From assembly GCA_047495785.1 (NCBI GenBank), contig JBLDXI010000033.1, positions 310,001 to 374,000 of the forward strand: DNA of 64,000 nt, read 5' to 3'. This DNA is from Lepidodermella squamata (Eukaryota > Animalia > Gastrotricha). The notes beneath the pieces were generated by a model. That model did not search any database and was not told the origin of the DNA. It saw only the letters and a list, made by a program, of their open reading frames with translations. This document shows, piece after piece, positions 1 through 11,534 of the stretch (the stretch's first letter is position 1; each line of letters starts with the position of its first letter). The translations under genes and the position numbers were made by a program.

Positions 1-259
1 AGAAGTTCGCCAAAATTTGTCACGGTTTTTGTGAGTTTACAATCACTTCAAGCTCCTTCAATATTTGTAAAAAAAATTCAATTTTTTATTATGATCTTGA
101 ATTTTTCGCTTTTTCACCAGAACTTTGCGAAAATTATATAAAATTTTATTTTGAAGGAAAAATAAAATAAAATAAAATTATTAATGATGTCTATTTTTCT
201 CAATTTTAATATATTTCGCAAAGTTGATTTATTTTTTTATATTTTTAATTTCGTTTTAG

Positions 260-696
260 GAGAACTTCGAGTTTTCTGATGGATCAATCTTTGAGGGCAA
301 ATCCGCACTGGAATTCCAGCGTTATAACGATCATGTTCGAGGCGCGGCTGATCTGGCAATCGCCTTGCTGCAGCTGCTGTTCGATCCAGAAGAGTTGAGA
401 ACAAGAAATCTCAGTGGTCATGATGCCCTCCATGGAAAGACAGTCTTTCCGGAAAAGCAGCTGGACCCAATGAGGCTCGGCGAAATCCACCGTGAGTTCT
501 GTTAATTTTTCTTTTGTTTTAGCCTAAAAATATAAAATATGGGTTCCAAAAATTAACGCAGGATGTTTTTTTAGGAGTCGTCGATCATTGTTTTCCACTT
601 TTGACCCTGAGTGAAAGACAAAAAGTTTGGCACGTGAAAGTTGCCAACTGGCTTCGCTCCAACAACAACGGTAATAATCACAACGATGACGCGTAA
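260..696 (+). CDS. 3' end of a BEN-domain protein (exons 260-491 and 575-696; 5' part unresolved, probably upstream of the window)
   Basis: GT-AG splicing gives ...AADLAIALLQLLFDPEELRTRNLSGHDALHGKTVFPEKQLDPMRLGEIH/RVVDHCFP...QKVWHVKVANWLR...*. This matches the BEN pattern LLxxLFxxEELxxxNxxG...LDPxRLxxI...W. Not in the ORF track because it is spliced. Confidence 0.7.
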
Positions 697-1789
697 TCGA
701 TTTTGAACATTTACATTTCTGAAATCCTGACTTACATATTATATATATATATATATATATAACAAATGTAAATCGTATGCTAAAGTTGAATATATCAATG
801 TATATATATATATCAATAAAATGTAATATTAAATGCTGTTCTTATTCTTCCATATAGATTGATTGGAATGTTAATGTTATTCCATTGAAATTGAGCCTTA
901 AATGGGTCGTGATGTTGGGTAAGTTGTCTTTTATGTTTAATGCATGGAATGATTTTTTTCCTAATTGTTTTGCCGTAAGCCAAGTGGTATGCATTACGGT
1001 TTAGTAAATATTAATTTTCAATTTAGATTTCACAGAATCGGTCGAATCCGTCCGATTAAGATCCAGGTACAACTTCGCCGCAAAGTAAAAATTTGCGAGA
1101 ATTTTATATTTTTACAACAGCGTTGAGCTGCCATGCAGTAACGTGAACACAAGGCGAACTCGTTTTCTCTGCTGGGCCATGATTTACAAATTGAAGTAAG
1201 TCGATGCTCAAAACATGTTGAAATCCTCCATTAAAATTCTGCGATTTTAACTAAATTTTACAATTATTCAAATTACAGGGAAATTTGAAAGGGACTTCGA
1301 AAAATTCTTGGAATTTTTTTACAAATAATTTGAAATTTAAAAGTCTTCAATATTTTTAATATTTTCTCATCCAAATTTAGCTTTTTCAAATTAAAAAAAA
1401 AATGAAAAATCGAAGAAGAAATGATTTCTTATTCTCTCTTCGCTTCTCTTTATTTGAAAATTCACTCGAATTTTTTCGGTTTATTAGATTGGCTCGGTGA
1501 ATGGCTGGATTGGCTTCTAGCAATGGAGCGATGCGGATTTGGTTACCAAGCAGCTCAGGGCTTCGGTTCTGAAACAACGTTTTACCACAACGGCAATCAG
1601 CGGCCAGCCGGAGCAAGTACAACAGGCTTTGATGCCTAACAAATGACTGTTGCTATTATTCGCCTTCTCATGTTATAAAAAATAACACATTTAAATATCG
1701 TTTGATTGATGAAATAAAAATTATTATGTGGATTTAATGTCTCATTTCGGGTCTAAAGTGGCGAAGAAAAGCAGCGAGCGGAAAGGAAG

Positions 1790-2140
1790 GAGAGGGCCTT
1801 TAATAGCCTATTTAAATGAATAATGAACCTTCAGTTTAGGCTATATTAGACGTTAATTTTGCGCATTTTCCAACGGAAAAGCTGAAACTCTAACTTAGCC
1901 TAACATGGCAGTTGCGAACCTCCAGAATGGCCTAACTTTGGCGCTAATGTAATATTTATTTTCATAATTCTTTATCTAAAGCCTAAAATAGGCTAAATTC
2001 GCGGTTAAATAGCCAAAAAAATTCTGAATTTTTTAGGCTCACCATAGGCTAAAATAGTTGGACGAAAACTGGAGTGTATTTGGGCCCAAAAATTTTCGCT
2101 CCAAAAATAGCCTAAGTTGGGCTATCCGTTTCCGACAGGG
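1790..2140. mobile_element. Right end of a probable CMC/CACTA-EnSpm-like DNA transposon
   Basis: Dense direct and inverted TAGCCTA/TAGGCT subterminal motifs end in ...ccgtttccgacaggg at 2140 (GGG terminus), followed by an abrupt junction into a membrane-protein ORF. The left end is not in the window. Confidence 0.5.
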
Positions 2141-2372
2141 GCAGTTGTCGCTTCGAGAATATGAACACCATACCGGTATTAGTGATGATTGCCAGAACTG
2201 TGACCGTAAGATATATTATCGGAAATGTAAGTCGCTGCTGAAGGGTTGTAGCGTCCAAGTTATGGAACCAGCCGATGAAGTAAGGACGAGGTTCAGGGTA
2301 GCCTCGTCTCGGACTGGCATGCATCACCCAAGATCCGTAGAGAAAACCGGCTGCTGTAGACGAGTTGTTCAT
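2141..2372 (-). pseudogene. N-terminus plus TM1 of a GPCR-like membrane protein, truncated at the transposon end
   Basis: MNNSS (N-glycosylation sequons)...FPIIYLTVTVLAIITNTGMVFIFSKRQL resembles class A GPCR TM1 with the N1.50 asparagine. The ORF runs into the putative TE terminus at 2140 and stops shortly after. Confidence 0.4.
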
Positions 2373-3428
2373 CCGAGTATTGAGATCAAAATGTCTTCGA
2401 GAGAGTTAGAAAGAGTCAAATCCTCTCTAACGCGTTCCTCGAAAGTCTGGAATTGCTAATTGGAAAATGCGGAGGTTAGCGTGAAGAAAATCGATCTTGG
2501 GTATGGCTAATCAGCAAACTGTAATGCAATTGACGAAAATTAGGATCTGGGAACACGTTGTTAGCGTAGTTGAAGTTCTCTCAAAAACAATCTAAGCTCA
2601 CGTAATATTATGCCGAAGAAGCCCACAATAGAAAAATATGTGGCCGCGCATGAAAAGTATTCCCTGCGATGACAGAATTTGGGGCAGGTAGTTTTGACCT
2701 CAGGAAGCTCAGCCTCCAGAATGTTATGTCGGCTTAGAGCTTAGATACTGCGACTGCTAAAGATAATTCCTCACTAAATCGCTTTGTCGTAATTATATAT
2801 CAAACGTAAGCAGATTATCCGCGCTATTGCGCCTCAAGAGCTATTTTGCAGTCTCTCCCTCATTAACACTAAAATAATTCATGTTATGCCTTATGTCCAT
2901 GTATGGTATTTAACAACGCAAGGCTATAACCTATAATCGGGAAATTTCGGTAATGAAAGCGGATATCGACCATTTGTTATTTGAAATCAATCACGCTATT
3001 GTCGATCAAGCGGTTTTGGAGCCGTATGACGCCCGCTGAAAAACATAAAAACCCTGCAACTAAGAAAATCAGCCTTGTAGATATAAAATGTAAAAAAATT
3101 AGTTTTCGACAACTTGCTCCATCTCGAGCTACGCATACCGGACTTTTCTTATGCACCTAATATCTACAAATAATATATACCAATTCAACTTACGCCCGTT
3201 GCTTACGATATTTCATGGTCTACGTATGAGCTCAATTATAGCAGCTGAATAACAATTCACGAAGAAGATAATATCTACGCGCTAACATCACGTGGCGCTT
3301 GAAGGGAGGCGCTATGGGCGCCGCCCAATTTTGAATTTTCATGAAAATTCAAAATAATGGCTGCTTTCAAACGCAAGGCGAACGTATACGCATAAAAGTG
3401 ACGTCATTTACTACAGTAGTGTATTCGA

Positions 3429-4943
3429 ATGGCTAAAGCTAACATTACAATAGGCGACGACTCGGTAAACGCGGCGGAAGAAACTGATGCTCGCCTAAAG
3501 AAAAAGCTGCCCATCATCAGCGTTGAAATACCTCTGTTTCTATATTTTGTCAATATCGGAATTCAAGAAACAGCCGGTCAGCAATTCGTCTACCGGCAAA
3601 TATGCTACCACAAGTTTCATGACCAAGGCAATGTTTGCAGCGTTATCGACACCTCGCCGCTATTCACCAAGGAAGAAAACGAAGTTCAGGACGACTTTGC
3701 TATCTACCACCAGTTCAACACCCTTTCAATGTGGCCGATATCATTATTTTTCGCGGTGATCTATGGAATGTGGTGCGATCGTTTTTCTCACAGGTGGCCG
3801 ATGGTTTTAAGCCACTTCGGCGGTATGCTCGGCTGTGCAGTTTTCCTATGGTACGGCATGTCAAATGGTTATACCATCGTTAACCCAATTTACCTGGGTT
3901 TCACCGGGATATTGCCTGGATTATTCGGAGGCACGGTGACAGCTATGGCCTCGGCAAATTTCTACATAAGCAGCATTACCACGGAGCAAAGTCGAACAAA
4001 GCGATTGGGCTTTGTCTTGGCAGCCGTAATATTCGGCAAAATGCTTGGGGCCGTTTCAAGTGCTTTCTTCTTCGATGAAAACCATTACGACCTAGCTTTT
4101 GCTGTTCAAATAGGAGTTCACATTGTCTCAATCGTTTTCACAATCCTCATCCCTGAACTCAAAAGTCACGCTGAGATACGAGAGTTGGTTCAGTTAAAGG
4201 CGGGTGGTTCATGGGCCCGATACTTGTGTTCACCATATGCTGTTATCAGCGAATCCTTCAAGTTGATATTCAGTCTGGAAACTGATTCCGATAAGTATCG
4301 CCTTTTAATGATTGTCGCTTATACGATGTCGCACATCTGCACAGGTTATTACCCGGTGCATGACGTTAACTACGCCTATTTCACGCATCAGCCAATATCC
4401 ATAGATAGTTTTACATATTCCATCTACTTGACAGTTTATCTAGCGATATTCGGCCTGTCTCTAATGGTCCTAGGCCCAATTTTCAAGTCTAACTGGCTGT
4501 GTTTTCCGATGTCTGATGCTGGACTGGTTGTTATGGCATTCTCCAGTCGAATTTTCTCAATGATAGCGTTGGGCTTTGGCTCGTTCTACCCGACCTACTT
4601 GCCATGGATATTCTCGGCTGTCAATGTACTAAATCCCTTCGCCGGTGTTGCTTTTAGATCAGGAATATCAAAACTTACCGCAAAGTCAGACCTTGGCAAG
4701 GCTTTTTCAGTGGTTGGATTGATGGATATTGCTGCTATGCTGGTTGGGAATATGGCATTCAACTCCATTTATCGTGCGACATTGAACGATGGCACGGATT
4801 CGTGGTCTTATGTGATCATGGGATATGTTTTCTTTTTCAATGCAGTGATCTGTATCATTCCGCTGTCTATCGGCATCGGTCTAGGAATGCTTGATATTAA
4901 AGAATTCAGCTTCCACAGCAACATCAAAAAGTGCGGGGTATAG
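3429..4943 (+). CDS. MFS transporter, SLC46 (PCFT/SLC46A-like) family, single exon
   Basis: 504 aa with about 12 hydrophobic segments and a Cys pair in the first luminal loop. Motifs GMWCDRFSHRWP, RTKRLG and RSGISKL...DLGKAFS are typical of SLC46. Confidence 0.8.
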   Translation: MAKANITIGDDSVNAAEETDARLKKKLPIISVEIPLFLYFVNIGIQETAGQQFVYRQICYHKFHDQGNVCSVIDTSPLFTKEENEVQDDFAIYHQFNTLSMWPISLFFAVIYGMWCDRFSHRWPMVLSHFGGMLGCAVFLWYGMSNGYTIVNPIYLGFTGILPGLFGGTVTAMASANFYISSITTEQSRTKRLGFVLAAVIFGKMLGAVSSAFFFDENHYDLAFAVQIGVHIVSIVFTILIPELKSHAEIRELVQLKAGGSWARYLCSPYAVISESFKLIFSLETDSDKYRLLMIVAYTMSHICTGYYPVHDVNYAYFTHQPISIDSFTYSIYLTVYLAIFGLSLMVLGPIFKSNWLCFPMSDAGLVVMAFSSRIFSMIALGFGSFYPTYLPWIFSAVNVLNPFAGVAFRSGISKLTAKSDLGKAFSVVGLMDIAAMLVGNMAFNSIYRATLNDGTDSWSYVIMGYVFFFNAVICIIPLSIGIGLGMLDIKEFSFHSNIKKCGV

Positions 4944-6235
4944 CAAAAGAGGAAAGTGAGGCTTCTTACGTGAACAACTTGATTTTTCCATTACGTTTCT
5001 GAAAATACTTTCTAAGGGTGGCTGTCTCCTACTGGAATCATTCATAAAACAGGTCATATACCGACCATTTCTTCATTTTTGTTGAATTATTACTTCGGCA
5101 AGAAAGCTTTCCTTGATTTTTCGTTTAGCGAAGCTATTATAATCACCTAGTGTTTCATTCAATAAACAAGTCGTTCTTCGGCCACTTTTTCGCCCGCATC
5201 AAGGTCCCGCCCAGCGTCTGAAAGACCAAAAGGTCATTTTATCACAAGTCGTTCGCGATGAGCGATGACTCATATTGAAAGTCATCTAGGAGCACTTGGC
5301 AGGCCAATCGGAAAACATGCATGCTTGAGGCAATGCCGGATTTTACCCTATGAAAATTTCTCGGATTTTACCCTAGGAAATTTCCAGCTTCGGGGGCCCC
5401 TATACATTTGGTTGCTACAATTGAATGTCTCAATATTCCACCTGAGAGATATGGATCGAGTTGGACCACGGTCGCAGGGGTTTTCAACTGAACTTCACTG
5501 CCACTTTGGTTGAGAAAGCATGAAAGTTGAACCAACTTGAGCGAAGCGAGCAGCGAGCAATTTTCGACATTTTTCAATAAAAACAGTCCCAAAATCCTCT
5601 TAAAAATGGCCAAAATACTAATTTCCCTAACCTTTTACCTTGAATTTTGGCTGTCAACGTCAAAGTTTGGTTTTCACATTGGTAAAATACACTGAATTAA
5701 ATTGTATGCCAACTGCAACACATTGTTAAGTTGATTGGATTTGATTGAATCATTGAATAATGTGAATGCTTTCTGCACACAATACTGCCGAAATTTGTAA
5801 ACGGAGAGTTTTGAACAGTACAGAAAAAAGTAGAGAATTGCGAGCGAAGCGAGCACATTTTTTCAAAATTGTGGTCCATAAGCTCTGACCATACGACAAA
5901 AAATTGATCATCAAAGCCGCATTCGCTAATCAAAAGGGTCCCTCCTGTGGAATTTTTCAACGAGAGTCAGAAAATATGTGGGCCCTGTAGATTTTTCTGG
6001 AAGGGCCCGAAAATCGCGGGACCCTATAAGGCAATTGCCTTGTTTGCCTAATGGAAAATGGCACCTCCTTGAGGCCAAACGACAGCTGTGCGGCGTAAGG
6101 TTTTTATTCATGATTTATTTTATTATTATTCAGTATTTTTGATGCCATAATATTTCACATTTATCCCAGCTCTGCTCGAATTTAACTTCTCATGCTCGCA
6201 CACGATTACTCGGCGTTGAATCACCATTTGCCGGA

Positions 6236-6505
6236 TTAATGCGGATTAATACGGATACAACTGCACACTCCCTTATTGTTGCAGGATTTTCTGTGAGTCG
6301 ATTTGCATTCGAGACGAGCGGCCTCCAGCGGCTGCTCAGCGTCACGGCTGCTCGGCTGCGCTTCGGCTACTTCGATCTCGGCATTAGCATCGGCGATGAT
6401 GACTGAAGCAACCTGCAAAACCAGTAAGATTTTTTATGAAGCTGTCCAACATTTTCGAGCAATAAACCCAACCAAAAGAGCGAAGACTACGGCGAATTTC
6501 AGCAT
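6236..6505 (-). CDS. Secreted Cys-rich peptide precursor, AMP/toxin-like (exons 6505-6473 and 6412-6236)
   Basis: Spliced 69 aa: MLKFAVVFALL/VASVIIADANAEIEVAEAQPSSRDAEQPLEAAR-LECKSTHRKSCNNKGVCSCIRINPH*. Signal peptide, acidic pro-region and basic 4-Cys tail. 60-bp GT-AG intron; paralog at 10567. Confidence 0.75.
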
Positions 6506-6582
6506 TTTTGAAGAGAGACGAGTGTACAACGTGGAAAGTGGAAATTCGAGTGTAATTAGAGAACGAAAATTTGGCGAATGAA

Positions 6583-9500
6583 CCCGGACTCAAAAATTTT
6601 GATCATGCAGGCTCTGTAAATCTGAATAAAATTGTGTATTTGCCTGAATTTCGCTGTAAATTGTTGTGATGTCGATTTATTCCAGCTCAGGATCCGGCTG
6701 TAAGCTGATTTTTCGCCTCTGTAATTCGAAATAAGGCTGGATACAGCGGTTTACAACCGTGGAAATGCTGCTTTTTGCTGATGTAATTGGCAATAAGGCG
6801 TGTTATCCTGCTTTACAGACTGCCAAAAGCTGAAATCGGGGTCTGTAAAATGCTATGAGGCAATTTATCCGTCTTTACACACCTAGACAAGCTGAGTTTT
6901 CGGACTGTAACACTTAACTCTGCTTTACAGACTGCCAAAAGCTGATACAAAGGGACTGTAAAATGCTGTTAGACGAATGACACGGCTTTACAGACCTCGG
7001 CAGGCGGATAGTTTGGACAATAAAATGCTATAAGGCACGATACTTGGCTTTACAGACCGAGGCAAACTGTAATCAGGGTCTGTAAACTTATGTAAGTCAA
7101 GTTACCCGGTTTTACAGATGTCGGTAGGCGAAGTTTGCGGACTGTAAGATGCTATAGGGCAAGGTACACGGCTTTACAGACCTGGGCAATCTGAGTTCCC
7201 GGACTATAAAATGTTATAGGGCTTTACACGGCATTACAGATCTAGACGAAGCTGAATTTCCTGACTCTGTAAGCGAAGGAAACTTCGAAAATGACCTAAT
7301 ATGTGAACCACGGCGACGTGAAATTACATACTGTAAAATGCTGTAAACAGAATTTATCGTATTTTTAAACAAATTTAACCCGGTAACCGGCGATTATTCG
7401 CGAATAATCACACAATATTTTGATGTGAGGCATTGAAATTAGCTGGCGAAGTGAACAAAGCAACCTCCGTGTAATTTATTTAATTTATTCAGGGAGCAAT
7501 AAATTGGTGTAAATTCTTGAAAATTCGTGTGACCAATTTTCGATAAAAGTGAGACAAATCGAGGTGGAACATTAAATCACATAAATTTTTGAAAAACATA
7601 AATTTCATCGAAGAAACGTGACATCTGTGGCGTACTTTCTCTTAAGACACGTATTTTTGTCTTCAAAATTACGGCGATCTTAAAAGCGTTAATTTCTTTA
7701 AAACTAGGAGATTTTTTAGAATTTTTTTTCATTATGTTGAGATTCTATCTATTTGTGACATTTTCGGAATTTACAGGAATTTTTACATGAAGAAAAAAGA
7801 TTAATTCTTCGCTGATCGAAATTCTCAATTTCAGTTGATCTTGCTATATTAGCCAGTAAATTATATCGTCATATTCAAGGATCAATTGTAAATTTATTTA
7901 TTTTAAAGTTTATTTAAAATGAATTTTGAATTTTCCTAATAAAAAGGTAATCAAGTGTTCACGATTTTAATTCAGTTAAAATTTAGAAGGTCATTTTAAT
8001 ACCATTATCATTTAAAGCTCATCGGAATGCATTTAAGAGATACAATTAAATTTTCAGGGACTTGGCAATAATTTTGATTCGCCAATTTTTGTAGATGAGC
8101 ATTTTCCAAATAGGAAATCTGAAATTCCAGGTGAATTGAAAATAAATTTCAATTGACCTGTTTTCAGATATTATTTACCGTTTTTCAATTTTTGAATCGA
8201 ACCGCTGACCCGAATAATAAATGACATAGGCAGCGGCAAGAATTTTAGCTGCGAATAGCGATAGCCAAATTTCTCAGTTAAATAGGAGCGATTCGAGTTT
8301 TTTCAATCACCACGCCGCGAATTACGCAACAGCTGCTCGCACGCCACGTTTTGCACACGTGAATTAAAATGCATAACACACAAAAGCTAAACCACATATG
8401 CATTTTGACCTATAAAAGTCAGTTTATCAGCTGAATTGCCCATGCAGATTTCTTGGCTATTTTCTAGAGCGAATATTTAAGTTATTTTTAGCGAAATTCT
8501 GGACGATGTTACTGTTCTGTTACTCTATACCTGGCGTGAGTTTAAAATTTGTCGAAATTACTGTTTATTATTTGCATGCATTTCATAGAAATCGGCGATG
8601 TCGAGGGATGAAAACGATGACGTCAAGGTGATACGCATCGTCTTTCCCGCATACCACATCGTTACAAGATAAGTTTTAATTCTCCTATTTTAATTCTGCA
8701 ATTCGATCTCGTGAATTGGCTTGACTTTCCCCGGAATTGTTGACATTTTCAACACTCCTTAATTAATTCTTCAATGTGAATAATTTTAATTTTAATTTTT
8801 AGCCAAATTTCTGGTTTTTGTTCATTTCCCCCCAATTTTTCAAAACATTGCCGTTCCGTATCAATTTCGAAATAAATTTTCTGATTTTTTTGTAATCAGG
8901 ACACGTTCTTCTGAAAAGCCTCTTTTAATTTTTGCCGAATTTTTTAAGCAATTAATTGAAAGAAATTCGAATTTTTATTTGCTATTTCAAAATCATAGAT
9001 TAATCTGAAATATCTTAATTGATGAATTTTTATTGATTTTGCGACAGTTCGAGGCTGGAAAAATCACAGACTGCCCAGACGTTTTACAAACATTGAGATT
9101 CAAAATTGTTTAAAATTTCATTGTAATTATTTCCTGAAATTCTATTATTTGTGGATTTATCCATTTTAGGAGTTGGCTTGCATCTCGGGTTCGACAGCGG
9201 ATCAATCTTATCGTGGCTGGTTTTGTTCACAGGTATAGCAATACATTTCATTTTGATTCCAAGTTCTGCTTAGTTTTCCCCTATTATTTCAGGCTGGATA
9301 GACAGCGCACTAATGGCTCGGTGACTCGATGCGTGTCGCAAATCACCGCTTGGCGGAAACTTCGTGATAACGAGAGACCTTGTTTTGCTGTTCGTTCAGC
9401 GGCGACTTGAATTTTCTTTCATAAACGGCTTTTTTTCGGTTGAGATCCTCATGAGTTTTGCTTAGTTTCACGGAAAACTAAGTATTTTTTGGAAATGGCT

Positions 9501-10195
9501 TAATTTGTGATGCACGTTTGTGATGCACGTTTTTTGGCGAGAAATATATGGCCGATTTTGCTTGAAAAATATCACTTCGCGGCATTGGTTTGACATTAGT
9601 TGCCCTGCGGATCTGAGCTTTTTAGCGTCGGAAATATGACCCGATATAATCAAAGATTTATATTATTCGTCTGAAAAATTTGCTGAAGTCGCTGATTGCC
9701 AATAATCTTTTCTCCGATTTTTTCAAAATCTCTCTTGTTATTGTTAAAATGGTTGTGAAAATCGATTTTGCTTGTAAAAATGAAGCAATTTGTGATCTTT
9801 TATAATTTACAGCGATTTGCAGACGCTGGTCGAGGCACTGTAAATTCCTGTACCAGCCCTGATAGTGAAGACTTCACATTTTCGGCATTTTTTGCTCTTT
9901 AGTAGTTTACTAAGCTTTCGAATTTCAAAGGCTGTGTAAACTGCTGTAGGGCAAAAATTGCATAACTTGTGAAGTTTTCACTTTCTGGGCTTTTACAGGA
10001 ATTTACAGCGCCCTGGCGAGTGTCTGTAAATCAGTGCCAAGGTGATATTGAATTCCCAGTGTAATTGAGTGGAAGGTACCAATAAAAGTGCGTTTGTAAA
10101 AGGGTGTAAGTCAACATAAGATTTCCAGTGAAATACAGCATAATACATTGACAGCAATTTACAGCGATTTACAGCGATGAATTTTTGAGTCCGGG
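6583..10195. mobile_element. Non-autonomous CACTA/EnSpm (CMC)-like DNA transposon, ~3.6 kb
   Basis: Perfect 16-bp TIRs cccggactcaaaaatt (6583-6598) and aatttttgagtccggg (10180-10195), AA on both flanks (2-bp TSD), and CTGTAAA/TTTACAG subterminal repeats at both ends. No transposase ORF. Confidence 0.8.
6700..7272. repeat. Degenerate ~62-bp tandem array (about 9 units), subterminal repeat of the transposon
   Basis: Each unit carries an inverted pair ctgtaaa...tttacag (consensus approximately ggactgtaaaatgctataaggc...cggctttacagacc...gctga). Confidence 0.8.
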
Positions 10196-10566
10196 AAAAA
10201 TGAGCTGTAAAGCCATCTCGATGAACCCTTCTAACGGCTGCTCAAATATTACTTGATTGTCAACACGCCCGCTCGAACCGGCGTAGGAAAAGAACAGCAG
10301 TGAATTGTGACCATGGAATGATAAAAACAAAATTGACGGAGAAATTTCGCTAAAACTTTAAACCACATAGCTCCGCTACCCGTTGTTTGTCTACACTGGA
10401 CGAACCCGTGTGACAAACCAGTCGAACCCGGTGAAATATTTGACCAGCTGTTCGGATTACTCATCGAGATAACAATAGGCCTCTTCTTTCATTCGTCAAA
10501 TATTCGTCCTCTAGCTGCACTCGAATTTTATCTTTCCAAGTTTTGTACTCTCGTCTCTTCTCAACA

Positions 10567-10966
10567 ATGCTGAAATTCACCTTAGTCTTCGCTCTTTTGG
10601 TTGGTTTTTCTCAGCTCGTAAATGTTGAACAGTTTCATTACATATCGTTATTAGGTTTGCAGGTTTCTTCAGTCATCAACGCCGATGCGAAGTAACCGAA
10701 GGGCAGCCGAGCAGCCCCAGGAGCACTGGGCGAAGTAGGATCCTCGAGCTGGGGGTCGCGTGTGGGTATTTTCAGCCCCGAATCTGACCTAAGGGTCCGA
10801 CGCGCTGTGGTTTTGGGATTTTCTTTCCAGGGCCTCTCGAGGTGGGGGGTGGGGGTACAGTGCCCCCTTACCCCTCGGTACTTCGCACACTGCACAGGAG
10901 GTAGCCCGTCTCTATTGCTTGGGCCGTTTCAAAGTTTCCTGCAACAAGGGGCGGTACACCTAGTAA
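10567..10966 (+). pseudogene. Disrupted paralog of the Cys-peptide precursor
   Basis: MLKFTLVFALL/VSSVINADAK* with the same intron position. A 13-bp deletion causes a frameshift and stop at 10693-10695. After a MITE insertion, homology resumes as QEVARLYCLGRFKVSCNKGRYT**. Confidence 0.8.
10724..10892. mobile_element. hAT-like MITE
   Basis: Imperfect TIRs cactgggcgaagta / tacttcgcacactg; 8-bp TSD cccaggag/cacaggag. Confidence 0.7.
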
Positions 10967-11534
10967 TGGCAAATGTTGCTTCGATAGTTAACGTCAAACA
11001 TGGCTGGAATAACAAACATGGATATTGGCTTGCACCCTTCGCACTCACAATGCGAGTTTCTCGACTATGGAGGTGAAAGCTGAAACGGCTTTTCGCTATT
11101 GACTTTGAAGCTTCACGGTAAATTGACGCCCAGCCTGTTCTGAATTCCCGTTTCAGATGACTGCGAGGTTTTCCAATCGCCTTTAGCTTTCCACTCTACT
11201 CCTCCACGTGGGTTGAATGAGTCTGAGAAGGAACCTCCGCCACCACTTTGCGAATCTTCTATTGTTCCAGTCATTTGGCTTTCTCAACTTCGTGATCCTG
11301 TCCTCGTGAAAATTTGCTGCCTAATGGATAGAATAACAAATCCCTTGGCAGATACTTGGAGATGATAAAGCTAATAATGATGACAATTTTATTGCGAGAG
11401 CTTATAATTTTGCAGCGGGAAACGGCTGGACCGGGCATTCCGCGCAGTTTATATTAGTATTACAAATTGATAAGGCAGTTTGAACAATAAAAAAGTCAAA
11501 AAGTGAGTTGTTATACCAAACAGGTGTAAAATCA

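Noticed and set aside
858-1639. Possible additional small spliced gene downstream of the BEN exons
   Set aside because: Splice-like sites exist, but I could not build a convincing start-to-stop model or recognise a domain.
5320-6070. Possible TE remnant with gagcgaagcgagc motifs
   Set aside because: Termini and TSD could not be defined, so it is not called.
6700-7272. Regular ~62-bp array with internal palindromes resembling a CRISPR array
   Set aside because: The whole unit is degenerate-homologous (no constant repeat with unique spacers), there are no cas genes, the context is eukaryotic, and it lies inside a TIR element.
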